Below, piece by piece: positions 40,533 to 50,552 of a stretch of DNA of 64,000 nt. Both the position numbers and the translations under genes were made by a program. The notes below the pieces were generated by a model. It was not told where the DNA came from and did no database searches. It saw only the letters and a program-made list of their open reading frames with translations. Origin of the DNA: Nostocales cyanobacterium (GTDB lineage: Bacteria > Cyanobacteriota > Cyanobacteriia > Cyanobacteriales > Nostocaceae); NCBI GenBank assembly GCA_004293145.1, contig RDYJ01000007.1, positions 16,390 to 80,389 of the forward strand. The letters run 5' to 3'. How positions within the stretch are numbered: position 1 is the stretch's first letter; each line of letters begins with the position of its first letter.

Positions 40533-40826
40533 AGTTTTTTAGTTCTGAGTACCTAGTTTGGACATTTAATCTGTAATTTGTGAAATTACTTGTTACCTGT
40601 AAAAAACAAGTTTTAAAACTAAATTTATGAAGTCGATTAGCTTTTGAGGTTACTTCAATATTATAAATATATATTACCTGTAAAAATAATTAAAAAAGCC
40701 AGCTAGTTTGAACATTTGCTTCAAATGAATCTCTAGTCTGGCATGATTTTATAACTTTGTTTCATTCTCAATTGTTTCTAGCCGGATTTTAGCGATCGCT
40801 TGTTTGCATAACTAGAAACAATTTGC

Positions 40827-40951
40827 TAAGTAGAACGACGTGAAAAAACAAAAGTATGTAACAAAATGTAAAGTAGCCTAAAAACTTCTTCACTCTTGCC
40901 TGAGTGCCTCTTGCCTTGTCATAACGACAAATTTTAACGCCAACCTACTTA
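40827..40951. mobile_element. MITE with TAAGTAG termini
   Basis: taagtagaacgacgtgaaaa versus ttttaacgccaacctactta: imperfect 20-bp TIR. Confidence 0.6.
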
Positions 40952-40971
40952 TGATTGTATTTATCTATATA

Positions 40972-41265
40972 TTAATATTCTTTTTTAGACCAACTCCCTC
41001 GCCGACTATCATCTCGCTTATCTTCTCGTGGTTTTGCTTTATTAACTCTCAATTGACGACCCATCCATTCTGCACCATCTAATTCTGTGATAGCATAATC
41101 TTCCTTTGCATCTTCCATCATCTCAACAAAAGCAAATCCGCGCATCCTTCCGGTTTCACGGTCAGTGGGTAAAATAACTCTTTTAACCTCGCCATAATCA
41201 GCAAACACGGCTTTTAAGTCTGCTTCGGTCGCGTGGTAAGAGAGATTTCCAACGTAGATAGTCAT
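40972..41265 (-). CDS. RRM RNA-binding protein (Rbp family)
   Basis: IYVGNL (RNP2) and RGFAFVEM (RNP1) motifs. Confidence 0.95.
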   Translation of the reverse strand: MTIYVGNLSYHATEADLKAVFADYGEVKRVILPTDRETGRMRGFAFVEMMEDAKEDYAITELDGAEWMGRQLRVNKAKPREDKRDDSRRGSWSKKEY

Positions 41266-41651
41266 TATGAGTCACGTAATTTTCAACAAACAGCGATAGT
41301 TCAGAGAGAAACCGCTGGAGCTACGCAAATTGTAAATATTGCATAGTCACCTCTGATTCACTGATGGCAAAAATTGCAGAACATGAGCCATGACGGTCAC
41401 TACTCAATCTGCCATCAGACTGAACATACCCATCTGCTAATTATGATAACTGATTGTGACAGTTCCCAAAGTATGAGATTTGACAAAGAATCATAATATA
41501 TAATTATTTGATTTTATCTATTTCATAATTTAAAGGAATTAAAGAACTTTATCTGAGTCAGATGTTGATAAATTACTAATTTGCTGTAAGTAGAGTTAAA
41601 TTTTGATATTTATTAACCGTTAACTCTTCACAGTTAACGGTTTAGACGCGA

Positions 41652-41870
41652 TTAATCAATAGAAATTTGCTGAGGACCAGAGGCTTTACCGTTCTGTGCT
41701 TGAGTACCAGGATTAGAGAAACCTCCTGGAGTAATATGTTTGTCTAGCCAGGTTTTAACCGGATCATCTGCTAGGTTAAGTCGGAGTACACCAGAGACAA
41801 ACCCGCCCATAAATGATACTGGATGCTGGGTAAGTTCTTGAAATAGGGGCGACAATTCAGTAATAAACAT
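41652..41870 (-). CDS. Conserved small cyanobacterial protein
   Basis: GGAG SD; PVSFMGGFVSGVLRLNL.DDPVK.WL and GPQQISID motifs. Confidence 0.8.
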   Translation of the reverse strand: MFITELSPLFQELTQHPVSFMGGFVSGVLRLNLADDPVKTWLDKHITPGGFSNPGTQAQNGKASGPQQISID

Positions 41871-42026
41871 TAGACTCTCCCAGTATTGCTGTTAAAAATT
41901 ATTAATTCCTCATCAATCTTAACAGATACTGGCTAAGAAGCAACCAGCAACAGATTTGATCATATTTGGCTGTATGATGATTATCATTGGTCAGATTATC
42001 ATCAACATCATTGATCTTGATGTTTA

Positions 42027-42130
42027 TACCAATTCTATGTGAGTTTGCGCCAACTAAATTTGGTAGAGACGTGCCGGCTTCCACGTCTCATAACCAGAAA
42101 AATAAAGCGCATCTTTATCCAGAAATGGTA
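42027..42130. mobile_element. MITE with internal GTAG REP hairpin
   Basis: taccaattct ... agaaatggta termini; gtagagacgtg..cacgtctc inside. Confidence 0.55.
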
Positions 42131-42178
42131 TTAGCTACCACTCAACTAAAATAGGGTATTTTAATTAACAATTAAATT

Positions 42179-43012
42179 ATGACAAGCAACTGGAAAAACT
42201 TTATCAAAAATTTAGGTGAATGGCGTGGTTCATTTACGAAAATTTCCCCTAATGGAGAAATATTAGATTCTACTCCTAGCATTTTAAATTTAGAAGCCTT
42301 TGATAATAATCAAGCTGTACTTTTTAGATTACGTCGTTTTGATTCTAGTGGTTATGATAGTCCTCCTATTCAGGATTATCAACAGGAATATCGTACTTTA
42401 GGAAGACAGAACATTTTTTTTGACACAGGAGCTTTTTCTAAAGGAACTTTGCAATTAGCACCTTTTGCCGAATTTGGGGCAGAATATGGTTTTGTTGATG
42501 ATGATCGTCGCTTGCGTTTAGTGCAATTATATGACGAAAAAGGCAACTTTATTAGTTTAAGCCTGATTCGAGAATTTCGCAGTTCTACAGATGCTTACGA
42601 ACGTCCACAACTGACGGTAGAACAGTTAATTGGTAATTGGCAAGGTCAAGCTCATACAGTGTATTCAGACCTGAGACCATCTGAAAATTATGCTAGTTAT
42701 TTAGAAATTAAAGAAGCAGGTAATGGATATTTAGAACAAAAACTATTTTTAGCATCCAAAACCATTGCTTCACAAGCAAAAATAGAAGGTAATAAACTCA
42801 TTTTTGAAAAAGAAGGAAATATTCGGCAAATTTTGTTATTACCTGATGGAACTTCTAGTAATGTTCCCTTGCAACTGCAACTGAGAAAACCTTTTTTTGT
42901 GGAAGCTGGTTGGTTAGTCAGAGAAAATGAACGTCAACGCTTAATTCGTAGTTATAACGAAAAAGGTGAATGGGTTAGTTCCACTCATGTCATTGAATAT
43001 AAAACCTGTTAA
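42179..43012 (+). CDS. DUF3598 family protein
   Basis: NLGEWRGSFT start; two beta-barrel repeats; FFVEAGWL..RQRLIRSY. Confidence 0.8.
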   Translation: MTSNWKNFIKNLGEWRGSFTKISPNGEILDSTPSILNLEAFDNNQAVLFRLRRFDSSGYDSPPIQDYQQEYRTLGRQNIFFDTGAFSKGTLQLAPFAEFGAEYGFVDDDRRLRLVQLYDEKGNFISLSLIREFRSSTDAYERPQLTVEQLIGNWQGQAHTVYSDLRPSENYASYLEIKEAGNGYLEQKLFLASKTIASQAKIEGNKLIFEKEGNIRQILLLPDGTSSNVPLQLQLRKPFFVEAGWLVRENERQRLIRSYNEKGEWVSSTHVIEYKTC

Positions 43013-43146
43013 AGATTTTTCCTCTCTCTGTGTCCTCTGTGCCTGGAGTGGTTCGTAAAAAAATTATTAAACCACGAAGACACGAAGACACGAAGAAAAG
43101 AAGATAACAGAGATATTTTCCGTCAGTCCTCAGAAATTAACGGATT

Positions 43147-46100
43147 TTATGATGTCGGTGCTTGTTCAGGTAACATACATTTATCAGAGTCACAACCGCT
43201 AGGTCCTGCTTCTGTTAATTCTCCTAAATCATAACGACTGAGTGCGCCACAGAAATCATCGGTTTTCCGTCGTGTTTTGACTTCTTGGGACAAACGCTCA
43301 TAAGTGGCTTTGTCTATGGGTTCAAAGGGTAAACGAGGGAATGTTTGAATATCATCAAAACGCGCTAATAATGCCGCAGAAATATAACCTTCATCATTTT
43401 GAATGGCTTCATAAATGCGTGTTCCCAAAGGTTCTACTTCCTCGGAACGCAGTTCTAAAGTGGCTGATGTGTTATGGGAGGTGTAGTATTTCTGCACCTG
43501 CATGACAAAATCTAACTGTGCTAAGACAGAAAACTTAGATACATCAATCACATCAGCACCGGGTAAATCTGCCCAAGAGACAGCAACGGGTATTTCTACC
43601 AACCATTCTGTACAACGAGGATCAAAAGGATCATTTAATAAGTTACCGTTTTCGTCTTTGTCAGATTGAGAAGGTATGACATTATAACCATAATCTATAC
43701 AGGCTAATGCCACTGGGTCATTTTTACGGAAGGTGATCCGACGAATGAATCTTTGGGCTTTGGGGGGATGCCAACCGGAACTAGCACCTGTTAAAAGGGA
43801 TTTTGTTCCACTTGGTTGCACGGTGGTGCAGCGATTGGGGCGTTTGATATGATGGCGATCGCAATATTCCCAAACTGCTTTATGTACGATTTCTCTCCAT
43901 CTGCTGAGATATTTTTGCTCACCGCGTTTAAATATCAATCCTTCAGGGGTTTCTGGTCTACCTTGTTCCCACCAGCGTAACCAGTCCACACCAAAAGCAT
44001 GAACGAAGAAATCAAATAAACCAGTAAAGGAAACGCCGACAATAGGATCTAATTCCCGACTGTATTGATAGCGGGGTTCTTGGAAGTGGTGATTTAACAA
44101 TGCGGCCACTGACAAAGCACCTGCTGTAAATGCTTCTTCTTGTTCTTTGTAGTTGTCAGGATCGAGTTGGTTTAAGTGTACTTCAGATAAATTACAGTGA
44201 AAATTGCTACCAATTATTTCTCCGCACGGATTTAAACCAAACCTACCTATTCTATGTTCTAGCTCATCAGCATCAATTTCAGGATAGTATTTTTTTATCC
44301 ATTGCTCGGCTTTTCCTTGCTCGTAAGCTTGCAAGAAGTATTTTTTAAGTTCTGGTGTATTTAATAAGTCAATATTAGCCCTAGCTACTGCTTCACCAGC
44401 CCATTGAATTGCCCCTTCACCGCTGTAGTATTGTTTACGTACAGCAGCAATGGATTCTTCTAAGGTTGGTTTGCGGTGAAATACCCTTGTATGGTTCGCC
44501 ATCCGCAAAGAATCACGCTCTGGATCTATGCGCCAGTTGCCTTCTGCGTCTTGTTGCCATAGGTTATCTTTGGAAGTTGCGCCTTGTTCATCTTCAGAAA
44601 CGAATTGTCTCATGCCGGCACTGTTGTGAACTAGCAAGCCATCAGCAATGAACTCATGATCGCTTTCTACTTCAATATCAAAAGTTTCGGCTTGACCTGC
44701 GGGAGCAACAAATTGAACCTCGATTGGTAGCCAGTGTGGGTTAACTAGATCCTCAGCAATCAGAGTATCAAAATTAGCGTCTCGGAATTTTCCTGGTCTG
44801 CCTTTTGGATCTACCCAAAGGACATTAGCACGACACAAAGTATTGGGTTGCCATCCTGTGGCCGCTAGTTCTTGAACTAATTGGTAAGGTAGAGTTAAAC
44901 CATTTTTCTTTGCTAACCTGATGGTAAAACCATCTCTGATAGCAAATTGATTAATTAAGCCAACAACTACTGCTTGAGATTGCAAACCTTTAATGTGAAG
45001 CGCGTGGCATCCATCATAAATTTTATCTCTTCCTTGAATTGCTCTAGGTTTACGTTCTTGTAAAGTTGTAGCAATTCCCAGGGAAAGGGCTAGTTTTTGG
45101 ATTTCTCGTAAAAATTCTAATTTGTTTGAGTTAACAAGTACATTCCGAGAAGGAGTACCATCTGCGTCACTCAAACCTGCTAAGAAAGCAGCACGAATTT
45201 CTCGATTACCTCTCCAAACAAACTCAGGAATTAGAGGACATCCCCAAGGCTGTTTATACTGTCCAAGTTCTTCTGCGAAGTTTTTACGGTAAATATTGAT
45301 ATTGGCAGAATTACCTTGAATTTTGAGAGCAGGACTATAGCCTAAACTACTGAGGATTCTCAGAATTTTTTGACCTAATTGACCCTGTAGTCTTTCTGTA
45401 GAGATAGCAAAGCTAACTACTCCACCTCCACCATTACGCCGTTTAGTTGATTCTAAATCAGCATGGCCATCACCAATGAAAAAGCCTACTAACCAAGCCC
45501 AATCTGTTGTAGAACATGGTTGTCCTTGAAGATGGGGAACAGAGATGAGGCGATCGCCTGGTTGTAATTCACCAGCATACTTCCATTTATAGGAACGCAG
45601 ACCATCATAAACTGCAACACGATGGTTAGCAGTACAACGAATGGAGGTAATAGAGGTACGAATTTCTACAACATCCTGTACACCTTGAATAAATTTATTC
45701 ACTACTGGACGATACTCACCAGAAGAGGTTAATACTAAATCTCCTAACTGAATATCTTGAATCGGCTTCATGCCATCAATAGCTGAAACCCTTGCTCCAT
45801 AAGCAATACAGCGTCTTATGTTCCCAGCGACAATCGTGACAGCAGCTTCATCAATTAATAAACAGCATTCAACTGAATTTAATTGTCTGCCTATTGCCTT
45901 ATTGAGAATAGAGGCGCAACGTTGATACAATCCAGGTAACTTCACAGGGTTAGCCATACCGCCAAAACCTTTGAGGGTTTCCCCAGATTGACGCACGTCG
46001 CTAATATCTACAATTACTTCAACGTCACCTGTAAAGCGTTCATCGCTGGATAGTTCTAAGAGGGTTTGATAGGATTTTACCCAACCTTCCCGACTGTCTC

Positions 46101-46635
46101 CAACGTGGATAGTAGCGGTGTTAGCTTCTATATGGGTTTGTGTAAATTCTCGACGCTGTTCTGGAGGGGTGCTGCCAATTTCACCTGTGATGGTGATATT
46201 TAGGGGATTACGGATAGATGGCAGTTGATTAATATACTGTGGTTCAATGATAGCACCTGTACCGCAGCCCATCATGGCTAAGTCCATCATTAAACCGAAG
46301 GCTTTCCAGTCTACCAAGTTGGTAGAGGTGCAGTTATAAGCGCCAGAGAAGTTTTTGGGTTTGGTTAACCAATCTGTGCCACCAACCCACATCCAGCGAC
46401 CACTGGGTAGGGATTTCATGTTTCGCTGCATTTTGTCTAAAAGGGCAGCTTCTTCTGGGGTAAGTTTGCCTAATTCAACTAAGCCTTTAAGAGTGCGATC
46501 GCAAACCTGATCATAACTTTCTCTTAAACCTGCCTCTGTACGACGGCTGTAGGTTCTAAAAAACACAGGATTTGCTGCTGGGGCAGTTTCGGGAAAAGAT
46601 GCACTCTGACGTTTACGTTCCAGTTCTTGAACCAT
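43147..46635 (-). CDS. nrdJ: Class II (B12-dependent) ribonucleotide reductase, intein-containing
   Basis: PSGRWMW, AYNC, NPCGEI, CNLSEV and TTVQPSGT motifs; C-terminal CxxxxC. Confidence 0.95.
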   Translation of the reverse strand: MVQELERKRQSASFPETAPAANPVFFRTYSRRTEAGLRESYDQVCDRTLKGLVELGKLTPEEAALLDKMQRNMKSLPSGRWMWVGGTDWLTKPKNFSGAYNCTSTNLVDWKAFGLMMDLAMMGCGTGAIIEPQYINQLPSIRNPLNITITGEIGSTPPEQRREFTQTHIEANTATIHVGDSREGWVKSYQTLLELSSDERFTGDVEVIVDISDVRQSGETLKGFGGMANPVKLPGLYQRCASILNKAIGRQLNSVECCLLIDEAAVTIVAGNIRRCIAYGARVSAIDGMKPIQDIQLGDLVLTSSGEYRPVVNKFIQGVQDVVEIRTSITSIRCTANHRVAVYDGLRSYKWKYAGELQPGDRLISVPHLQGQPCSTTDWAWLVGFFIGDGHADLESTKRRNGGGGVVSFAISTERLQGQLGQKILRILSSLGYSPALKIQGNSANINIYRKNFAEELGQYKQPWGCPLIPEFVWRGNREIRAAFLAGLSDADGTPSRNVLVNSNKLEFLREIQKLALSLGIATTLQERKPRAIQGRDKIYDGCHALHIKGLQSQAVVVGLINQFAIRDGFTIRLAKKNGLTLPYQLVQELAATGWQPNTLCRANVLWVDPKGRPGKFRDANFDTLIAEDLVNPHWLPIEVQFVAPAGQAETFDIEVESDHEFIADGLLVHNSAGMRQFVSEDEQGATSKDNLWQQDAEGNWRIDPERDSLRMANHTRVFHRKPTLEESIAAVRKQYYSGEGAIQWAGEAVARANIDLLNTPELKKYFLQAYEQGKAEQWIKKYYPEIDADELEHRIGRFGLNPCGEIIGSNFHCNLSEVHLNQLDPDNYKEQEEAFTAGALSVAALLNHHFQEPRYQYSRELDPIVGVSFTGLFDFFVHAFGVDWLRWWEQGRPETPEGLIFKRGEQKYLSRWREIVHKAVWEYCDRHHIKRPNRCTTVQPSGTKSLLTGASSGWHPPKAQRFIRRITFRKNDPVALACIDYGYNVIPSQSDKDENGNLLNDPFDPRCTEWLVEIPVAVSWADLPGADVIDVSKFSVLAQLDFVMQVQKYYTSHNTSATLELRSEEVEPLGTRIYEAIQNDEGYISAALLARFDDIQTFPRLPFEPIDKATYERLSQEVKTRRKTDDFCGALSRYDLGELTEAGPSGCDSDKCMLPEQAPTS
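44623..45810 (-). mobile_element. 396-aa intein with LAGLIDADG homing endonuclease
   Basis: GNIRR|CIAYG...LVHN|SAG junctions; block B CTANH; LVGFFIGDG and FLAGLSDADG motifs. Confidence 0.95.
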
Positions 46636-46850
46636 AATAAGGTCTTGTTGCTGACTAACAAATTAAGACTATAACGCCAAGTAGTTATCGGATGGAAGAT
46701 TGCTAAATTTCCCACTTTGCGCTATATCTTAGTTTGTGTAAATTATAACTATATTTTAGTTTCAGTATAAAACCCTGACTGTGCGCCAGGGTTGTAAATT
46801 ATTAAAGTTTTACCTATCATTTTTATCAAAAAAGCTTATACATCATACTA

Positions 46851-47207
46851 CTAAGCATTGATAGCCAGTAAAGATTCTAATTCATTGATATTAGTTACAA
46901 TTTTACCTAAAGTCTCACTGAAATATACAACTTCATAATTAGGTGCAAGTTCTTTTTGTAGTTGCTTCCACAAACTTATTCCTTCTGTCTCAAAAGCTGC
47001 TTCTGCTTCTGGACTCAAATCTGGTGAATTAGCTGGATCTTGCCAATTTAACGTTTCATTATAAGCGAGCGCCCAATTTCTGAGGCGGTTAATGGTTTCT
47101 TTACTGAGGGGCAGTCTTGCCGGGTCGATGTTACCCACTTTATCAACATCTGCCCACCATAAAGGGTCGCACCCATAATCAGCCATTAGTTTTATTTTGA
47201 TTGTCAT
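46851..47207 (-). CDS. Putative immunity protein
   Basis: IKLMADYGCDPLW..LPLS..L..W..Y..F..EG..L pattern; directly follows a toxin-like gene; ATG 47207 preferred. Confidence 0.6.
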   Translation of the reverse strand: MTIKIKLMADYGCDPLWWADVDKVGNIDPARLPLSKETINRLRNWALAYNETLNWQDPANSPDLSPEAEAAFETEGISLWKQLQKELAPNYEVVYFSETLGKIVTNINELESLLAINA

Positions 47208-47223
47208 AGCTATCCAGGTGGAA

Positions 47224-47613
47224 TTATGGTAAGGACGCGGGATTAGCTCCAACTATATAACCATTATCACCTACCGTCACTGCTATGCACTGCTTTTTTC
47301 CATTAAAAGTTACTTCATAGATTTCTCTTCGAGGTTCTACTGTTCCTTGATAACCAAGAAATATTCCATTAGTTACAGCAGTGATAACAGCATCGGGGAT
47401 TTCATTCTCAGAAATTCCACGTTTGGCAAAGTCTTCTTGATGTCTGTCTAAAATGTGTAATAATCCGCTTCCTCTTTTACCAGGTTTTCCTTCTTCTAAA
47501 AATACGATTTTGCCATCTGCTTGTTTAGCAATCTTCACTATTTTTTCAGGGGTATGCTTAGTACCAAGTTGGGCAAGTTCAGCAAGTAAGGCTGATTTTT
47601 CAGCACTATTCAT
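47224..47613 (-). CDS. Stand-alone polymorphic-toxin-like (BECR/EndoU-type) domain
   Basis: AAGGAG SD; IVFLEEG..SGLLHILDRH..F and TVGDNGYIVGANP resemble toxin C-terminal domains. Confidence 0.6.
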   Translation of the reverse strand: MNSAEKSALLAELAQLGTKHTPEKIVKIAKQADGKIVFLEEGKPGKRGSGLLHILDRHQEDFAKRGISENEIPDAVITAVTNGIFLGYQGTVEPRREIYEVTFNGKKQCIAVTVGDNGYIVGANPASLP

Positions 47614-47658
47614 TTTTTCTCCTTAAATTGGGGATAAGTTGTTTCTATATAAATAGTG

Positions 47659-47931
47659 TCAAGTGCGATTCCTACGGAGCGCTTCGCTATCGCTCACCTC
47701 ATCACAGGACTCTCTTAAACCCGCTGCTGGAGCAGATTCTGGAAACGTTGCACCCTGACGTTCAAGTTCTCGAACCATAATAAGGTCTTGCTGAATTACG
47801 AACTAAGAATATAACGCCAAGTAGTTGTAGTATGGAAGATTGCTAAAATTACCACTTTGCGCTATGCGTTAATTTGTGTAAATTGCAACTGTTTAATTAT
47901 CTCAGTATAAAACTCTGACTGTGCGCCAGGT
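47659..47931 (-). pseudogene. Degenerate duplicate of the nrdJ promoter and 5' end
   Basis: Aligns with 46492-46793; ATG 47778 gives MVRELERQGATFPESAPAAGLRESCDEV versus nrdJ MVQELERKRQSASFPETAPAA...GLRESYDQV. Confidence 0.85.
47665..47693. repeat. 21-nt SDR5-like insertion in a HIP1 site
   Basis: gcgattcctacggagcgcttcgctatcgc (29 nt) stands where nrdJ has gcgatcgc (46495-46502). Confidence 0.75.
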
Positions 47932-48000
47932 TCATACATTTCATTGTTACAAAAAACGGACTCCTGCCTTCATTAACAAAATCAATCGGGAATTTAATTA

Positions 48001-48873
48001 ATGCGTAGAGACTCTATTTTTTATAAACTCTTCCAACAATATCCATCTGTCTTATTTCAACTATTGGAAAACCCACCCCAAAATGCAGAATTATATAAAT
48101 TTGATTCTGTAGCCGTGAAAGAACCTAAATTTGAAATTGACGGCGTGTTTTTACCTCCAGAAAGTGAAACCAAGGGGACAGTTTATTTTAGCGAGGTGCA
48201 GTTTCAGAAAGATGAACAACTGTACGAGCGATTATTTGCCGAATCTCACTTATATTTCTACCGTAACCGTGATAGATTTAGTGACTGGCAAGCGGTTATA
48301 ATATATCCATCTCGGAATATAGAACAAAGTGATATTTCTCCTCATCGTTCTTTGCTTAACGGCGATCAAGTGCATAGAATATATTTAGATGAGTTGGGAG
48401 ATATTCAACAATTACCTGTATGGGTAGGATTAATGGTACTAACGACTTTAAAAGAAAGTCAAGCACCAGAAGCAGCTAGGTATTTATTAACAAAAAGTAA
48501 TCAGGAATCATCATCAAATGAGATGATTTTAGAAATGATTACTACAATCATGATGTACAGGTTTGAAAATCTGACTTTGCGGGAGGTTCAAGTCATGTTA
48601 GGAATTTCATTAGAAAGAAGTCGCGCTTATCAAGAAATTAAACAAGAAGGAAGACAAGAAGGAAGACAGGAAGGAAGACAAGAAGGACTCAAAGAGAGTG
48701 CTTTAAATTTAGTTATGCGACAGTTAAATAGACGTTTAGGAGAGTTACCGGAGGAAGCAAAAAATAATATTGCTCAGTTATCTTTGAGCAATTTAGAAAA
48801 TCTTGGGGAAGCGTTGTTAGACTTTACCAGTTTACAAGATTTACAAAGTTGGTTAAGTCAAGTGCAAGATTAA
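48001..48873 (+). CDS. Rpn-family nuclease (DUF2887-like with DUF4351-like tail)
   Basis: DSIFYKLFQ, IDGVFLP, EVQFQKD motifs; QEGR repeats; LENLGEALLDF..DLQSWL. Confidence 0.9.
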   Translation: MRRDSIFYKLFQQYPSVLFQLLENPPQNAELYKFDSVAVKEPKFEIDGVFLPPESETKGTVYFSEVQFQKDEQLYERLFAESHLYFYRNRDRFSDWQAVIIYPSRNIEQSDISPHRSLLNGDQVHRIYLDELGDIQQLPVWVGLMVLTTLKESQAPEAARYLLTKSNQESSSNEMILEMITTIMMYRFENLTLREVQVMLGISLERSRAYQEIKQEGRQEGRQEGRQEGLKESALNLVMRQLNRRLGELPEEAKNNIAQLSLSNLENLGEALLDFTSLQDLQSWLSQVQD

Positions 48874-49014
48874 TTTATTACTGATCAGATCCCCGCATTT
48901 TCAATATGATTCAATTTTGATAAAAGTCGGGGATCTTAAAAAGAGGAGATTTTAAATTATAATTATAGAACAAACAAATCAAAATAAAATTACAAAAAAT
49001 TGACAGTAAAAATA

Positions 49015-49596
49015 ATGTCTTTAGCACCTTGGAGAAGTCTAATTACTCGCGCTTTACACAAAAACCGCAGTCTTGTTTATTCCCGTTATCTACAACTTGC
49101 AACTGTGCGAGAAAATGCTTTACCTGCAAACCGCACTGTAGTATTTCGTGGCTTTCTGGAAGATACAAACCAGCTAAAATTTATCACCGATATTCGCAGT
49201 GCAAAAGCTGAACAAATAGCAAAACAACCAGCAGCAGAAATTTGCTGGTATTTTCCCAACACCAGAGAACAATTTCGTATAGCTGGTAAATTAATTTTAG
49301 TTACTGCTAATTCTCATCCACATTTACAACCAGCGAGAATCAAAATGTGGCAAGAATTGAGTGATGCGGCTAGATTACAATTTGCTTGGCCTGATCCGGG
49401 TGAGATGAGAGTAAGAACTCCAGAAGCTTTTACACCACCAGCACCAAACCCGATAGAACCATTAGAAAATTTTTGTTTATTATTACTTGAACCTACAGAA
49501 GTAGATCATTTAGAATTGCGGGGTGAACCACAAAACAGATGGGTTTACCACTGCAATGAAAACCAAGAATGGTTAACTGAAGCAATAAACCCGTAA
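49015..49596 (+). CDS. FMN-binding pyridoxamine 5'-phosphate oxidase-family protein
   Basis: LQLATV, NRTVVFRGF, TDIRSAK and REQFRI motifs. Confidence 0.88.
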   Translation: MSLAPWRSLITRALHKNRSLVYSRYLQLATVRENALPANRTVVFRGFLEDTNQLKFITDIRSAKAEQIAKQPAAEICWYFPNTREQFRIAGKLILVTANSHPHLQPARIKMWQELSDAARLQFAWPDPGEMRVRTPEAFTPPAPNPIEPLENFCLLLLEPTEVDHLELRGEPQNRWVYHCNENQEWLTEAINP

Positions 49597-49632
49597 TTTA
49601 AATTTTTTGTTAATTCTTTGATATTTGCTTAT

Positions 49633-50385
49633 CTATATTCCCGCACCATCAAAAAATTCCTGAATCTTTTTATCTCTGATATTACAGAAATTGTGTTCTT
49701 TTGGTAATTCATTTTCTTGCATGAATTGACCGACTAAAACCGGAGTTTTTACGGGAGTTTGGAGAGATTGAATTTGTTCTTCTAGTGCTTCAATGCGGTC
49801 AACTAAAGTGCGAATTACTTCTGCTTCTGAGTCTGGTAAATTGTTGTGTTCTAGGGGAGAAACCCGAACTCCAGAACGGTAGATAATGCGTCCGGGAATG
49901 CCTACAACTGTGCAGTTAGAAGGAACATCTCTTAACACTACTGAACCTGCACCGATGCGGACATTATTACCAATTTGCAAATTACCTAAAACTTTTGCAC
50001 CTGCACCAACAACAACATTTTCACCAACTGTAGGGTGACGTTTGCCACTTTCTTTACCAGTTCCACCGAGAGTAACGCCTTGATAAATGAGGGCGTAGTC
50101 TCCTACAATGGCTGTTTCACCAATGACAACGCCCATACCGTGGTCAATAAATACGCTTTTGCCAATGACAGCACCTGGGTGAATTTCAATACCAGTTAAA
50201 AACCGAGCGATGTGAGAAATTAGACGGGGGATAAAGGGAATACCGATAGCACGCAGCCAGTGAGCCAGTCTATGGAAGATTAAAGCTTGTAAGCCTGGGT
50301 AGCAAAACAAGACTTCCAACCAATTCCGGGCTGCTGGATCACGTTCAAAGATGATGCGAAAGTCGGCACTGAGTGTAGAAAGCAT
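49633..50385 (-). CDS. cysE: Serine O-acetyltransferase
   Basis: [20 protein letters not shown] and [12 protein letters not shown] motifs. Confidence 0.96.
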   Translation of the reverse strand: MLSTLSADFRIIFERDPAARNWLEVLFCYPGLQALIFHRLAHWLRAIGIPFIPRLISHIARFLTGIEIHPGAVIGKSVFIDHGMGVVIGETAIVGDYALIYQGVTLGGTGKESGKRHPTVGENVVVGAGAKVLGNLQIGNNVRIGAGSVVLRDVPSNCTVVGIPGRIIYRSGVRVSPLEHNNLPDSEAEVIRTLVDRIEALEEQIQSLQTPVKTPVLVGQFMQENELPKEHNFCNIRDKKIQEFFDGAGI

Positions 50386-50552
50386 CGAGATATTACCCAA
50401 AAAGCAAAACAAGCTACTTTCTCATTTTATCGTTAATTGGTCATTAGTGATTGGGGATTGGGGAAGAGGCAGGGAGCAGGGAGCAGGGGGAAGAGTGCAG
50501 GTTGCAGGGGGAAAGTTATTTGTATTTTTCCCAATTACCTATTACCTATTAC

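Noticed and set aside
41902-42084. 60-aa minus-strand ORF
   Set aside because: Starts inside a REP/MITE; no recognisable protein features.
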